Below are positions 51,339 through 62,417 of a stretch of DNA of 64,000 nt, one piece after another; the stretch's first letter is position 1; each line of letters opens with the position of its first letter. The stretch lies in the NCBI GenBank assembly GCA_030668825.1, contig DAOVET010000001.1, forward strand, positions 1 to 64,000, in the 5' to 3' direction. The position numbers were made by a program, and so were the translations under genes. This stretch comes from Candidatus Heimdallarchaeota archaeon (GTDB taxonomy: Archaea; Asgardarchaeota; Heimdallarchaeia; Heimdallarchaeales; Heimdallarchaeaceae). The notes under the pieces were generated by a model. That model was not told where the DNA came from. It saw only the letters and a list, made by a program, of their open reading frames with translations, and made no database searches.

Positions 51339-51884
51339 TTGGGAAAAATCATGAATAACACTTCAAATAACAAAAGTGATGAACAACTACAATATGAATT
51401 AAAAAAACTAATAGACAAGTATAATAAATTCAAGAGAGACAAAGGTCGTTCAGGTTTAAATAAATTGAATGAAGCAGAAGTAAGAAAAGACTTCATTGAT
51501 CCTTTCTTTGCAATTCTTGGGTGGAATATTCATGATTCCTCAGAGTATGGTACTGAAGAACATATCAAAGGTGTAGGAAGAGCAGATATCATATTAAGAG
51601 ATTCCAAGCTTATTTCCACAAAACCTCAAAGTCTTGTTTATGTTGAAGCAAAACGGTTTGGTATTCTTCATTCTAAACCACTTGATACTAAACAAGTTGA
51701 TCTTTTGGGAAAATTTGTTCCTGATTGGACAGAAGAAGATAGACAAGCAACTAATTATGCAATGGCAAAAAACATAAGATGGGCAAGAATTAATGGAATA
51801 TATCCTATTGTTGTCAGTCAAGAAATCAACAATCAGATAATGGGTAAAATAACATTTGAAATTATTGCACATTCAGATATTTAA
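51339..51884 (+). pseudogene. Truncated restriction-enzyme N-terminal nuclease domain (HsdR_N/type IIG-like)
   Basis: NEAEVRKDFIDPFFAILGW, GRADIIL, YVEAKR, QATNYA; similarity stops after IRWA and no methyltransferase or helicase domain follows. Confidence 0.65.
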
Positions 51885-51910
51885 TATTTTGTTAATTAGG
51901 TTCAGAAAAT

Positions 51911-54256
51911 TTATAATAAATTAGCTAAATCATTTAATACCTCAAATTCTGAAAAATCGGTTCCAATTCTCTCCACTAATCTATATATCATTTCACTACT
52001 TGTGCTTTTTAATCTAATTTTTTCTCCAGCAATTTCTTCTAAAACTTCTTCTAAAGAGCCCAATTTCCAAATAAATATATTATCTTCTAAAAGGAGTTTG
52101 GTAAAATCATTTAGAATTTGTTCATTTGCTAAAACATTTTCTAGATTCTTATCAAGAAACTTAGATAATTCTTCTTGTTCTTTGAATTCATTTAGCATTT
52201 TTCCAAGAACAGAATCCTTGAAAGGTAAATATTTCTTTTTTGTATCCCCTTTAGTTTTGTTTGCAATTGGAAAAGCTGCATCTAGATCTACTACTATTAA
52301 GGCTTCAACCTCAAGTTTTTTTATTAGTTTCCAAACAATTGGAAGGTTTCTAATTCCATGTAATTCAATTATATCCCAACCATTTGATTCTAATTTGAAA
52401 TTCTCAGGAAAATTAGTCCCCAGTTCTTCAACGAATAATTTATCGTTTGGTCCTTCTACAATCATAACTTTGTTAGAAAAGAGTAGTTTATTTACACTGT
52501 CGATTCTTTTTAGGAATTTACTTGCTTTACCTTCAGATGACTTTCTTTTTGATTCTTCTTCTTTGTCATCAATCTCAGATATGTTAAATCTTATTAGTTT
52601 TCCATATACACCTTTCCAGATTTGTGTTCTGAGAAAATCGTTAATGAAATATGGGGAATGAGTAATCAAAATATAAGTAGGAATAATCTCTTCATTTAGA
52701 TAGTTCGATATTGTGTTAATCACTTTTCTTTGTAGTTGTGGATGTAATGCTCTTGCTGGCTCATCAATTATGATTGTTTTATCTCCTCTTTCAAATAAAG
52801 AAGTTAGAATCATTAAAGTTTCATAAGCTCCACTTGGTGCTTCATGCATCTCTATTGGTACATTCATGCTATCTGTAAATTGAATTAAGGGAGCTCTTTC
52901 TATAACATTTTCTTCTATATCAGCCCATTTAACATTTTTTTGAATATCTTCATTATATCCTGTTGTTGATGTTGTTCTAATAACATCCCCAATTATAAGT
53001 TTAGGATAATTTTCTGTTACTCTAATTGGTTCTTCTTTTACATAAACATCAAATTTCATTTTGAAAAGATTCTCAAATTCTTTCTTTAAATCATAAAATC
53101 TCTTTCGTTCATTCTGTATAGAAGAATTTTTCCATCTATAAAGTGTTTCAGATAATTGGTTTATGGTGAAATAGCTGATACCCGAATAATCTTCAGCAAT
53201 AAGACCTCTATGTTCAGGTATAATAATTGTTCTGTTTTTAAAGAGTTTTTTAATAATGTTGCAAAAAATAATATGAGAACCTTCATTTTCAATCGGATAA
53301 AACGCTTTAATTTTTTGAAATACTTCATATGAAAGATTTTTAATTTCACCCTTTCCATACTTTAGATTCAGATTTGGTAAAGTTATCTTATAGGAAATAT
53401 CTGCATCAAATGTACTTTCAAGCATTTTGTTTACAACATTAGGAGAAATTTTAGCATCATCTTTTCTCAAAAAAATATGCATTGCTTTTAGTAAACTTAG
53501 ATTAACATCACTGTTCTTCTCATTACTTAAACCATCATAATCTATTAGATAGCATCTAGATTTCTGAAAAACAGATATTGAAGGTATCAATCTAGTAACA
53601 TCTGCTTTAAGATTAACTTTTATTTTCTTAAATAGTTGACCGATATTAGAATGCATATCATTTGATAAAAGAATCCTCTTGAATTCTAATAGTCTATTAC
53701 CTTTCAAAAAACCAAGTTTAAAAGTAAAATCAGACTTTTCAAGGGTTTCTTTAAATTTCTCAAAGTTATTTTTATCCAGTTTTGAAAAAAGTTGATTTCT
53801 TTTTTCTTGAATTTTCAGCACTGGGGTTTGTTTAGTCTCAGGCAATTTAAGATTTAAAATATTTTTATTAAATTCATATAGATTATTGATTTCGTTATCA
53901 TCAATATCAAATATAATTTCTCTGATGAACATTTCCTTGAAATCATTAAATCTGTTTGATTCTTCCATCTCTTCTATTTCTCTATAGATACTCACGCATA
54001 ATATTGAACCAAGTAGTTCCTGCTCAAATTTTGATAGTTCAAGTTCTATGTTTAGGTTAATATCTGGATCATATTTACCTAAATCTACAGAGTTTTTTTC
54101 TAAACACAAACCCACCAGTTTAATAGCTCTTACTACATTGGTTTTTCCAGATCCATTAGGTCCAACTATGAAGTTGTTTCCGTTGTTAAAAGTGATTTCT
54201 TGGGTATCTTCTCCATAAGACAGGAAATTCCTGAGTTGGAGTGATGTAATTTTCAT
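51911..54256 (-). CDS. OLD-family ABC ATPase-TOPRIM nuclease
   Basis: VGPNGSGKTN, APSGA, IIIDEP, ITHSP; TOPRIM motifs IVEGPND and VDLD. Confidence 0.88.
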   Translation of the reverse strand: MKITSLQLRNFLSYGEDTQEITFNNGNNFIVGPNGSGKTNVVRAIKLVGLCLEKNSVDLGKYDPDINLNIELELSKFEQELLGSILCVSIYREIEEMEESNRFNDFKEMFIREIIFDIDDNEINNLYEFNKNILNLKLPETKQTPVLKIQEKRNQLFSKLDKNNFEKFKETLEKSDFTFKLGFLKGNRLLEFKRILLSNDMHSNIGQLFKKIKVNLKADVTRLIPSISVFQKSRCYLIDYDGLSNEKNSDVNLSLLKAMHIFLRKDDAKISPNVVNKMLESTFDADISYKITLPNLNLKYGKGEIKNLSYEVFQKIKAFYPIENEGSHIIFCNIIKKLFKNRTIIIPEHRGLIAEDYSGISYFTINQLSETLYRWKNSSIQNERKRFYDLKKEFENLFKMKFDVYVKEEPIRVTENYPKLIIGDVIRTTSTTGYNEDIQKNVKWADIEENVIERAPLIQFTDSMNVPIEMHEAPSGAYETLMILTSLFERGDKTIIIDEPARALHPQLQRKVINTISNYLNEEIIPTYILITHSPYFINDFLRTQIWKGVYGKLIRFNISEIDDKEEESKRKSSEGKASKFLKRIDSVNKLLFSNKVMIVEGPNDKLFVEELGTNFPENFKLESNGWDIIELHGIRNLPIVWKLIKKLEVEALIVVDLDAAFPIANKTKGDTKKKYLPFKDSVLGKMLNEFKEQEELSKFLDKNLENVLANEQILNDFTKLLLEDNIFIWKLGSLEEVLEEIAGEKIRLKSTSSEMIYRLVERIGTDFSEFEVLNDLANLL

Positions 54257-54477
54257 AAATATTTTAGTCTCAACTTAATTTATAAATCATACGATTGAAT
54301 GTTCATTTAAAATTCTAATCAATCAGATTCTATGATTGGTTGGTTTAAAGAAAGAATCTATCTCCACTTTATTGATTTCCAAATTTTTAATATCAATTTC
54401 TCTGCTAAACATAAATAGTACTACTACGAAGATCAATATACAGTAAGAATCAAATAAAAAGTGTAAATTCTGATGTT

Positions 54478-54849
54478 CTAATACTGTCTTTTTCTATTAA
54501 GAAAGTTTGCTTCTACTTCTGCTTCTATCTCTTCTCTTATCTTCTCCTCCATTCTTTCAGCCCATTTATTGAAGAGATACTTAAATGGTAACACTTCTAT
54601 TAAGAATAATAGTAAGAATATTCCAGAACCTATTACTCCCAATATTCTCAATAATATCATCCATATTGCTTCCCCCAAAACTGTCTTCTCAAAATAGAAT
54701 GCTGCTGCTGTTCCGCAAATAAACACTACTGCTCCTATGAACGCACCTAATCTATCTTCCCAGCTAAATACTTTTTCTCTCTCTCTTCTTATCCTTTCTG
54801 CGTATCTCTTTAATTCAGTATTTTTTATTATCATATAAACCCAAACCAT
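54478..54849 (-). CDS. 2-TM small membrane protein
   Basis: Two hydrophobic helices flanked by charged segments. Confidence 0.55.
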   Translation of the reverse strand: MVWVYMIIKNTELKRYAERIRREREKVFSWEDRLGAFIGAVVFICGTAAAFYFEKTVLGEAIWMILLRILGVIGSGIFLLLFLIEVLPFKYLFNKWAERMEEKIREEIEAEVEANFLNRKRQY

Positions 54850-54951
54850 ATCTTTTTTTCATCTTTCTACTCATCTCTGCAGGATGTGTTTCTTCTATTA
54901 TTATCACCATCCACATGACGAAAAATACTGTCAAATATCCCATTATCTCTA

Positions 54952-55266
54952 TCAACTTATCCCCTCCACTAACAGCTCCCCTATTGTCCTCTCTGTCATC
55001 TCAAAGAAGCTCATTATCCCCTCACTCTCATGGATCAGTTCATGTAGTTTCTTTAGTTTCACTTCCCTTCCCAGATTATCCTCGAAAGCTATCTCATAAC
55101 TCCATGCTCTCTTCTCCCTCTCTTCTATCATCCACTCCTTCTGTTCTTCAAAGAAGTTCTTCAGGAAGAATTGTAATCCATATACTGTCGTTATCTTCTG
55201 TCTTGTTAGTTCTATCCTTCCCTCTTTCCCTTCTACATAGATTACAAAGACCATATTCCAGTTCAT
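54952..55266 (-). CDS. Hypothetical protein
   Basis: 104-aa ORF on the purine-rich strand. Confidence 0.5.
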   Translation of the reverse strand: MNWNMVFVIYVEGKEGRIELTRQKITTVYGLQFFLKNFFEEQKEWMIEEREKRAWSYEIAFEDNLGREVKLKKLHELIHESEGIMSFFEMTERTIGELLVEGIS

Positions 55267-55665
55267 TTTGCTCTATTTTGCTTATCAGAACTTTGGTTTA
55301 TAAAGTAGGGAAAGTTTTTTTCTCGAGTTTTTAAATCAATTTACAGATTAGTGGTTGAAGCTGGCACAAACCCTTGAAATTCATATATCTAAAAAATATA
55401 ACTCATCACACTTTAGCTGGCTTCGACCCACTCTTTTCTTCTCTCAATCTCCTTCATCAGTTACTTATGGAAGCAAAATTAAAAATCTGGGTTTTAGATT
55501 GATAAAATAGAGAAAATTAGTGAATTTTTCAACCTTCCTCTCAAACACCTGAAAAAAATAGACTTCTAACTTATCTCACATTTAGTATTTCTATATCCTT
55601 ATTTTATTTCGATAGAGGAAAATCAAAAATGCAAAAATCAAACAAACTATTCTTGTTCAAGTATA

Positions 55666-57333
55666 CTATCTTCTTCTTTTAGAACTAAATCGGGAATAAC
55701 CAAATACAATTAGTGGGATTAGTACAATTAAAGAAAGAAACGAGTAGTAAATATTATTATTCCTATAAACTGGAGGTTCAGAAAGAGGATAAAGATCTTG
55801 TGCATTTGCAAATCCATCAATATAATAGCTACCAACTACCACAAAATAGTCTGACCAATAATTTCCTTCCTCATTTTCTTCATCATACCAGAGATTATCT
55901 CCATCATCTCTCGCTTGGGAAGTACCGTAATACTGGTTGTTATTGTAAAAGGAATTATGGTGAACAAGATTGTTGACTGAATCTTCATCTAAAAATACTC
56001 CCCAAAAATAATTATTAGTTAAAGTATTGTAAGTAATAGAGATATTTGATGAGTTTTCAAGCACTAACCCATGATTATTATTGCTTAAAATATTATTTTC
56101 GATTAATGAATTACTTGTTTGCACAAGTAGAATCCCTTGTTTTTTATTGAAACTACAGTTATTGTTCATGATGGTTATTCTATCACTAAATTTAACATGT
56201 ATTCCTATTAATGTTTGATCCAAGACTTGATTTTTTATCATGAATTCAGAGCAATTGGAAATAAATAGCTGACCATAGATTGGTTTTGTTATTTTCAAAT
56301 TATTTTGGTTTGTAAAATAACCGTACTCTTTTCCATTTATCATATTGTTGTACACTGTGTAAGTATGATAATCTGCTGGATTTAATTCGTAAAAATAATA
56401 GTCACACTCTGTTAATGTATTCCCAATAAATTCAGAAAATTCTGAATCCCTTACATATATACCATTAGACTCGGTAGTAATTTCATTATTTATAACAGAG
56501 ACATTTCCACTATATACTACTGTTAATCCTATTCCTCCTCCAAAACAGTAATTGTCTGTTACTACAGAATCATTTGAATGAGATAATCGAATGTTAAACT
56601 GAACATTATTGAAACAAGAGTTATTTGCAACTAAAGCTGCTCTAGATGTATGAAGATATATCCCTCCTAAATAAGAATTGTTATGAAGAGAATTGCTAAC
56701 AACGGTAGCGAAGAAACTGCTACCAAGAAGTAATCCTCCTTTGAAATTATCTGAAATATTATTACCATAGATATAACTAGAATTACAATTATTAAGGAAA
56801 ATACCTCCTTCATTACTCTTTGTACATGTATTATTTACGATTCTAATATTTGGTGAAAATATTACATGGATACCATAGCGTAAACCTTCATTACATGTAT
56901 TTTTGATGAGCTCTATACCTTCTGCTTTACTGATCTCCATCCCAGATTTTTGATAATTCTGACACAAATTTTCCTTAATTTTGATACTGTTAGGTGCTAC
57001 ATTTAGAATATAGATACTGTAGTTATCACCATCCAGAAAACAATTTTGGATCAGGAAGCATTTGGTAGTATAAGATATTGATATACACGCTTCTTCGGTT
57101 GTAGTAATGTTAAGATTCTCTATACGGTAAGGATCTACAGCTGTTCCTTCTCCTGGTAAGCTGTAAAGAGAGATATTGGTATCAGATTGTATGACAATAG
57201 GTATCGAGATTATATATGAATTAGAATTTAAATTTCCACTATCTGTGGTAGCTGTAGTAATTTCTATACTCCAACTTTTCATTAGAATTAAACTGAAACA
57301 CACCACTACTAGTAACCCTTTCTGATATTTCAT
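55666..57333 (-). CDS. Cell-surface parallel beta-helix (NosD/CASH) protein
   Basis: Signal peptide, GEGTAVDPYRIENL, repeated I.NN.C..N..GI.L units, GNYWSDY, DLYPL, C-terminal TM plus basic tail. Confidence 0.85.
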   Translation of the reverse strand: MKYQKGLLVVVCFSLILMKSWSIEITTATTDSGNLNSNSYIISIPIVIQSDTNISLYSLPGEGTAVDPYRIENLNITTTEEACISISYTTKCFLIQNCFLDGDNYSIYILNVAPNSIKIKENLCQNYQKSGMEISKAEGIELIKNTCNEGLRYGIHVIFSPNIRIVNNTCTKSNEGGIFLNNCNSSYIYGNNISDNFKGGLLLGSSFFATVVSNSLHNNSYLGGIYLHTSRAALVANNSCFNNVQFNIRLSHSNDSVVTDNYCFGGGIGLTVVYSGNVSVINNEITTESNGIYVRDSEFSEFIGNTLTECDYYFYELNPADYHTYTVYNNMINGKEYGYFTNQNNLKITKPIYGQLFISNCSEFMIKNQVLDQTLIGIHVKFSDRITIMNNNCSFNKKQGILLVQTSNSLIENNILSNNNHGLVLENSSNISITYNTLTNNYFWGVFLDEDSVNNLVHHNSFYNNNQYYGTSQARDDGDNLWYDEENEEGNYWSDYFVVVGSYYIDGFANAQDLYPLSEPPVYRNNNIYYSFLSLIVLIPLIVFGYSRFSSKRRR

Positions 57334-57387
57334 TTTATCACTCTTGTTTTATCTTCTAAATCTCACTTATTCACAATTTATTCTGAA

Positions 57388-59109
57388 TTATCTCAATTTC
57401 TTTTCTTGATTATTGAATCTTTTTTTCCTAATTGTTATTTGGAAATAACCATAAATCATCAGAGGAATAATAACAGCAAACGAGAAAAAAGCATAGTAAA
57501 TATTCTTATTTCTATAAACTGGGTGTTCAGAAAGAGGATAAGGATCTACAACACCAGCAAAACCGTCTATACTGTAGTTTCCAACTCCTGAATAGTCTTC
57601 CCAGTAGTTCCCCTCCTCTTTTTTCTCATCATACCAGAGATTATCTCCATCATCTTTTGCTTGGGATGTACCATAGAAGTTGTTGTTTATGAAAACGTTA
57701 TGGTGTATTGAGTTATTAGCAGAACCACCACCTAATACCACTCCCCATAATCCGCTATTTGTTATCACATTGTATGTGATCTCATTGTATGAGGATTGCT
57801 CTAATAAGATTCCATACAACCCATTATATTCTGAAGTGTTGTTAATTATATTCACTCGTTCAGATTTAAATAAATAGACTCCACTTCTGCTATTAAACTT
57901 GAAAACTGATTTTGAAATAGATATGTCCTCGCAATAATATAGACTTACTCCTGTAGAAAAACTACTTATCAACTGGTTCTTAATTTTGATGTTATTACAA
58001 TTTACAAGATGTAACTGATTAAAGATTGCTTCTGAAAGAGTAAGGTCATTTTCATCAACAAAATACCCGAAAAGTTTGTCATTAACGTAATTGGAAGTTA
58101 CGTAGTACTTCCTGAAATCTTCCACAGTTGATTCGTATATTCTAAACCCACAATCATAAAGCATATTATTGCTGATTATTGAGTATTCCGCATCCTTTAG
58201 ATATATACCTGTATTACTCCCTGCACAGATATTGTCAGAAACAGTCACGTTACCGCCTAAAACAACAATAATCCCATATATTTCACCAGAACAAATGTTT
58301 CTTGTTACTAAAGAGAAATTTGAGCTGTGGATATCTAAATTAGGTTGCCGATTATTATAACAGATATTATCAGAAACTGTCGATGTATAACACCTAAGTA
58401 ATCTTATCCCTCCATGTAAATCATTTAAGTAACAGCGATTATGCATAATAAGAGAATTCGTACAATCATCCAACACAATCCCTCCTTTTTTATTCTCATA
58501 ACAAGTATTGTTTTTAACTATGCTTTCAGAACTTTTATCTATAAACATCCCGACCCAGCTGTTATCAAAACAAGTATTAAGCTCGATTTGACAATTTGGT
58601 GAATCTTTGATATGTATACCAAAATAGCTATTTGAGTAACAGGTGTTATTAATTATCAGTGAGTTTGATGAATTATAAATACGAATTCCTCGTATAGAAT
58701 TACCAATACAAATGTTGTTTTCAATTTTTGCAGTTTCATTTTTAACTGATTCTATTACAATACCATTTACAGATGCGTTTACAAAACAATTTTGAATTAG
58801 AAAGTGTTTAGTTGTATTGTAAACATAAATTCCCCTTTCTTTTGTTGTAGTTATATTGAGATTTTCAATTATGAAAGGATTTACAGCTGTTCCATCACCT
58901 AGAAATCCATAATCTGTGAAATTAGAGTCATTTGTAATAACGATTGGTAATGAGTCAATATAGGAAAGAAAAGGTTGATAAGCTTCTTTAGAAGGAAATC
59001 TATAACATGTATTCTGAAATTCAGTTTCTTTAGATTCTACTGAGGTAAACATTGACAGTAACAAAATACAAAAAATTGTAACTGTTACATTCTTTCTCAT
59101 ATAACCCAT
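57388..59109 (-). CDS. Cell-surface parallel beta-helix (NosD/CASH) protein, tandem paralogue
   Basis: Same architecture; shares YGTSQAxDDGDNLWYDE..EEGNYW and YPLSE.PVYRN with the neighbour. Confidence 0.85.
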   Translation of the reverse strand: MGYMRKNVTVTIFCILLLSMFTSVESKETEFQNTCYRFPSKEAYQPFLSYIDSLPIVITNDSNFTDYGFLGDGTAVNPFIIENLNITTTKERGIYVYNTTKHFLIQNCFVNASVNGIVIESVKNETAKIENNICIGNSIRGIRIYNSSNSLIINNTCYSNSYFGIHIKDSPNCQIELNTCFDNSWVGMFIDKSSESIVKNNTCYENKKGGIVLDDCTNSLIMHNRCYLNDLHGGIRLLRCYTSTVSDNICYNNRQPNLDIHSSNFSLVTRNICSGEIYGIIVVLGGNVTVSDNICAGSNTGIYLKDAEYSIISNNMLYDCGFRIYESTVEDFRKYYVTSNYVNDKLFGYFVDENDLTLSEAIFNQLHLVNCNNIKIKNQLISSFSTGVSLYYCEDISISKSVFKFNSRSGVYLFKSERVNIINNTSEYNGLYGILLEQSSYNEITYNVITNSGLWGVVLGGGSANNSIHHNVFINNNFYGTSQAKDDGDNLWYDEKKEEGNYWEDYSGVGNYSIDGFAGVVDPYPLSEHPVYRNKNIYYAFFSFAVIIPLMIYGYFQITIRKKRFNNQEKKLR

Positions 59110-59273
59110 GCAAAATCCTCTTCACTCAAAATAAGGCAGATATTAATTTTTAAAGATTTTGACTGCATTTTAATTAATTTCCTTTTTCGAATACTATTAT
59201 AAGTGTTTAAGATATATTATTCTAGATAAAAAGACGGTTCAAACATATAGAAGACTTATCTAAAGGTGAAAGA

Positions 59274-60725
59274 TTGAAAACCAAATTCAAAGTGGCTATA
59301 ATTGCCGGAGCAATAATAGGGCTCGTAAGTATAACTATCCCTACTGTTTTTTTTCTAATACAACCTCCAGAGATAACCAATGGTAATAATGACAATAAGA
59401 GTATTGATAATGTTATTTACCCAAATCCGCTTTTTTACCGAGGAACAATTTCAGATATGATGCTTGAAAGTGACGACAGAGTACAGTTTATTGTAGGTAG
59501 CTATAATGCCACCTATGTCACCTATCCTCATTCACCTGCTTATATAATTTTAGATCACAAAAATCAAACGTGTACATATAAAGAGATGTTCCCAGGAATT
59601 ACTTCAGGAAATATGCATCAACTAAAAATAGGTTTAGGTCCAAATAATGAGTCAATTGCTTATAATTTTTTTACCAATCCTTTCGGTTATCTAGTGGCAT
59701 ACTTGTACAAAACAAATACTCTTGGGAGATGGATATTCTATCCTGCACTTTCTGATAAACCCATGCCTTACGGTGGTTTTAATAGGAGAAGTGTGTATAA
59801 CTGGAATTTTATGCCTTCAGGAAAAATAAATCTCGCTTTCTTATATCAAGGAACTTATAATACACCTGCAATCTATAATGAAACAACAGATAGTTTTTTC
59901 TTCTTGAGCGATGTTTTTGAGGAAATTAAAGATCAAGTAATTCTTAACAGGTATGGAGACTTTGCAGTTGTAGATTCAAATATTTTCTACTTTTGGTCAG
60001 AATATATAAATGAGTACAACTTTCATCCTTATCTAGCTATTAAATGGCAGGGAGAAGGATGGCAACTAACAAGAATAGGAAATGAATCAGAAACATATAT
60101 GCCCATCAGTATTATTCCTCAGAAAAATGTAGTGAATATTTTTTATCATGATTCTGGTAAAAGCAGTTTGAATAGTAGACTCTATCACACCCAGATTTAT
60201 AATTCTACTAGTAATACTACAACACTTCTACACCAATTTGATGGGAGAACTGTTTTTCGTCAAGATTCTGTATGTGCTCTCTCTCAAAATGAGTATGTGT
60301 TCTTGTATACTAAAGGGTCGTATGTACTAAATGCACAAAGAGATCTGTTTATGGGTTATTATGATGGTAAAGAATTCTATGAATTTATGCTTACAGATAC
60401 TCCACAACTTCTTGAACATCGAGCACATTGTGAATTAGGGGAGAATTACATTCATTTGGCTTGGGAAACTAGTATAGACAAAGGAACTGGAATCTATGAC
60501 CCAATGCAGACTAATCTTTTCTATAATAGAATATCCTTAAAGGAAATAAGACTGTCAAAAGAAACTGTTATAATACCATCAATGATAACCATAAAGAATG
60601 AAAACCATAGAACAAAGCTCTTTAACGATTGGACTTTCTTAAAACTTACTATCTATATTGCTCTGTCCATCAAAATCCTTTTTTTTCCAGTAAAATTCTT
60701 GTGTGAGATACAGGGATTCTTATGA
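59274..60725 (+). CDS. Membrane-anchored extracellular beta-rich protein
   Basis: N-terminal TM, beta-propeller-like composition, C-terminal hydrophobic stretch. Confidence 0.6.
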   Translation: MKTKFKVAIIAGAIIGLVSITIPTVFFLIQPPEITNGNNDNKSIDNVIYPNPLFYRGTISDMMLESDDRVQFIVGSYNATYVTYPHSPAYIILDHKNQTCTYKEMFPGITSGNMHQLKIGLGPNNESIAYNFFTNPFGYLVAYLYKTNTLGRWIFYPALSDKPMPYGGFNRRSVYNWNFMPSGKINLAFLYQGTYNTPAIYNETTDSFFFLSDVFEEIKDQVILNRYGDFAVVDSNIFYFWSEYINEYNFHPYLAIKWQGEGWQLTRIGNESETYMPISIIPQKNVVNIFYHDSGKSSLNSRLYHTQIYNSTSNTTTLLHQFDGRTVFRQDSVCALSQNEYVFLYTKGSYVLNAQRDLFMGYYDGKEFYEFMLTDTPQLLEHRAHCELGENYIHLAWETSIDKGTGIYDPMQTNLFYNRISLKEIRLSKETVIIPSMITIKNENHRTKLFNDWTFLKLTIYIALSIKILFFPVKFLCEIQGFL

Positions 60726-62417
60726 AATTATTATTGTTTTCATTAAATTGGTTTGAACTAAGAAATATTCAGGGTCTGTATTGTCGTTATAACAAGTGAG
60801 CACAAAATTAATTGTAGAATCTACAATAAATGAAGTGTTGAGAAAACCTCTAATTTGATAATTACCTGATTTTTGGAGCACAAAAGAGTAACCTCGTGAT
60901 CTATTTAAGATTAAGTATTCCAATTGCGGTTCTTCTGCAATGATTTCAATATAACTAAATAATCTAAATGTGTCAAATAACAAATTATTGTCACTATCTA
61001 TAACTATAGAATCGACTCTAATAATATCTGCACGCATAAAATCTGGAACATTGTGGTAAATATATTGGAAATTAATTTCCATTACAAAAGTAGAATTTTC
61101 ATATAATTCTACTTCTTTAATCGTTATTGATGAATTACTAGACCAATTCATACCATAAGCATCAGCAATTTCAAAGTTGTTGACAGTCCAACCATCACAA
61201 ACTTCTTCTCCTTGGATGATCAAATTACTAGGAAGCCCTAGAACTAAAATTATTAGAATAAAGGAGATTGCTTTTTCAATTTTTATCTTTTTGGAATAAT
61301 TAATTGGAACGATTTTATCCACTTCTTTAACAATCTTATCCTCTTCTTCAGTCTGATCAGTTTTTTTTCTCATTTTTAGTTTATGTATTAGAAATAGCAA
61401 ACTCGAAGATAGTATCAATGGAATTATAAATAATAAAAGAACCATAATAAAACCTGCTAGAAATTCGCTTGAAATTGCAGAAATGTCCAAATTGAGATAT
61501 GATTCTAGAATAAGGGATAAGAGTAAATTGTGAAATAACAAATCGCTCCAGAAAAATATTGTAAACAAGGTTATAGCTATAAAAAATATACTAGCTATCG
61601 AAAGTGAAATAATTTTAATTTTTCGTGATTTTGCTATTAAAGGTTCCTTAATCTTGCTTTGTAGTTTTGAAAGTATTAAAAAGATCCCACTTGTCACAAA
61701 AATATAAGCTAAGTAGATACCCAAAGGACCAACTTTTCCAGTAATAGGTAAAGTAAAAAGACAAGCAGAACCGAACATTCCAACTAAGCTAAAAGTATAA
61801 ATCCCATAGAATGGAATAAATGCAATTGTTTGATCAACTAGTTCTTCTTTACTATTTGTCCCCTTATGTTCACTTGAGCTCCTTGTTTTTTTCGTAGAAA
61901 TAATTAAGATCACCCCTTTTAGAAACAACAATAAAGGAGTAATAAATATTAAGAACAAGAAAAGAACATTCAAATTATTAGTATAACTATTTGCTCCACC
62001 AAGAAACATTATAGCTCCCCCTGCCCCATGAGACGAGTATTGTATGTGAGCTATTAGTCTTACTAGCTCATCTATATGATATATTGCGAAAAAAACACTA
62101 AATAATCCCACTTTTCTTGGGTAGAGTCTAGAGAGAAGGAAACCAGTGAGTACAAGAATTGCACTTAATATATAATTGGCTAAAGTGTTTTTTTCATTTG
62201 AAATATATGCGTCTATCTCGACCCAATTATATTCTATTGTTCCATTAGCTGAAGATATATCCTGAATTTGAATCGTTTGATCATATAGTGTTAACTTTGA
62301 TACTCTTATAGTTGCAATAAGTATAAAACCAACAATTATCAAAACAGAGAGTATTAAAACAATATAATCCCAACATTTATTCTTGGAAATGTAAAAATGC
62401 ATTCTTGTTTTCCTCAT
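60720..62417 (-). CDS. Polytopic membrane protein with a C-terminal extracellular domain
   Basis: About 9-10 hydrophobic segments. Confidence 0.65.
   Translation of the reverse strand: MRKTRMHFYISKNKCWDYIVLILSVLIIVGFILIATIRVSKLTLYDQTIQIQDISSANGTIEYNWVEIDAYISNEKNTLANYILSAILVLTGFLLSRLYPRKVGLFSVFFAIYHIDELVRLIAHIQYSSHGAGGAIMFLGGANSYTNNLNVLFLFLIFITPLLLFLKGVILIISTKKTRSSSEHKGTNSKEELVDQTIAFIPFYGIYTFSLVGMFGSACLFTLPITGKVGPLGIYLAYIFVTSGIFLILSKLQSKIKEPLIAKSRKIKIISLSIASIFFIAITLFTIFFWSDLLFHNLLLSLILESYLNLDISAISSEFLAGFIMVLLLFIIPLILSSSLLFLIHKLKMRKKTDQTEEEDKIVKEVDKIVPINYSKKIKIEKAISFILIILVLGLPSNLIIQGEEVCDGWTVNNFEIADAYGMNWSSNSSITIKEVELYENSTFVMEINFQYIYHNVPDFMRADIIRVDSIVIDSDNNLLFDTFRLFSYIEIIAEEPQLEYLILNRSRGYSFVLQKSGNYQIRGFLNTSFIVDSTINFVLTCYNDNTDPEYFLVQTNLMKTIIIS

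Noticed and set aside
52002-52661. 219-aa plus-strand ORF and other short antisense ORFs in the track (e.g. 54915-55334, 45035-45442)
   Set aside because: Shadow frames opposite better-supported genes, with S/F/L-rich antisense composition
51911-54256. Gabija, Septu or retron system call
   Set aside because: No UvrD helicase, co-transcribed HNH or reverse transcriptase next to the OLD gene
44058-62417. Integron cassette array
   Set aside because: Mixed gene orientations, no repeated attC-like element between genes and no IntI-like gene
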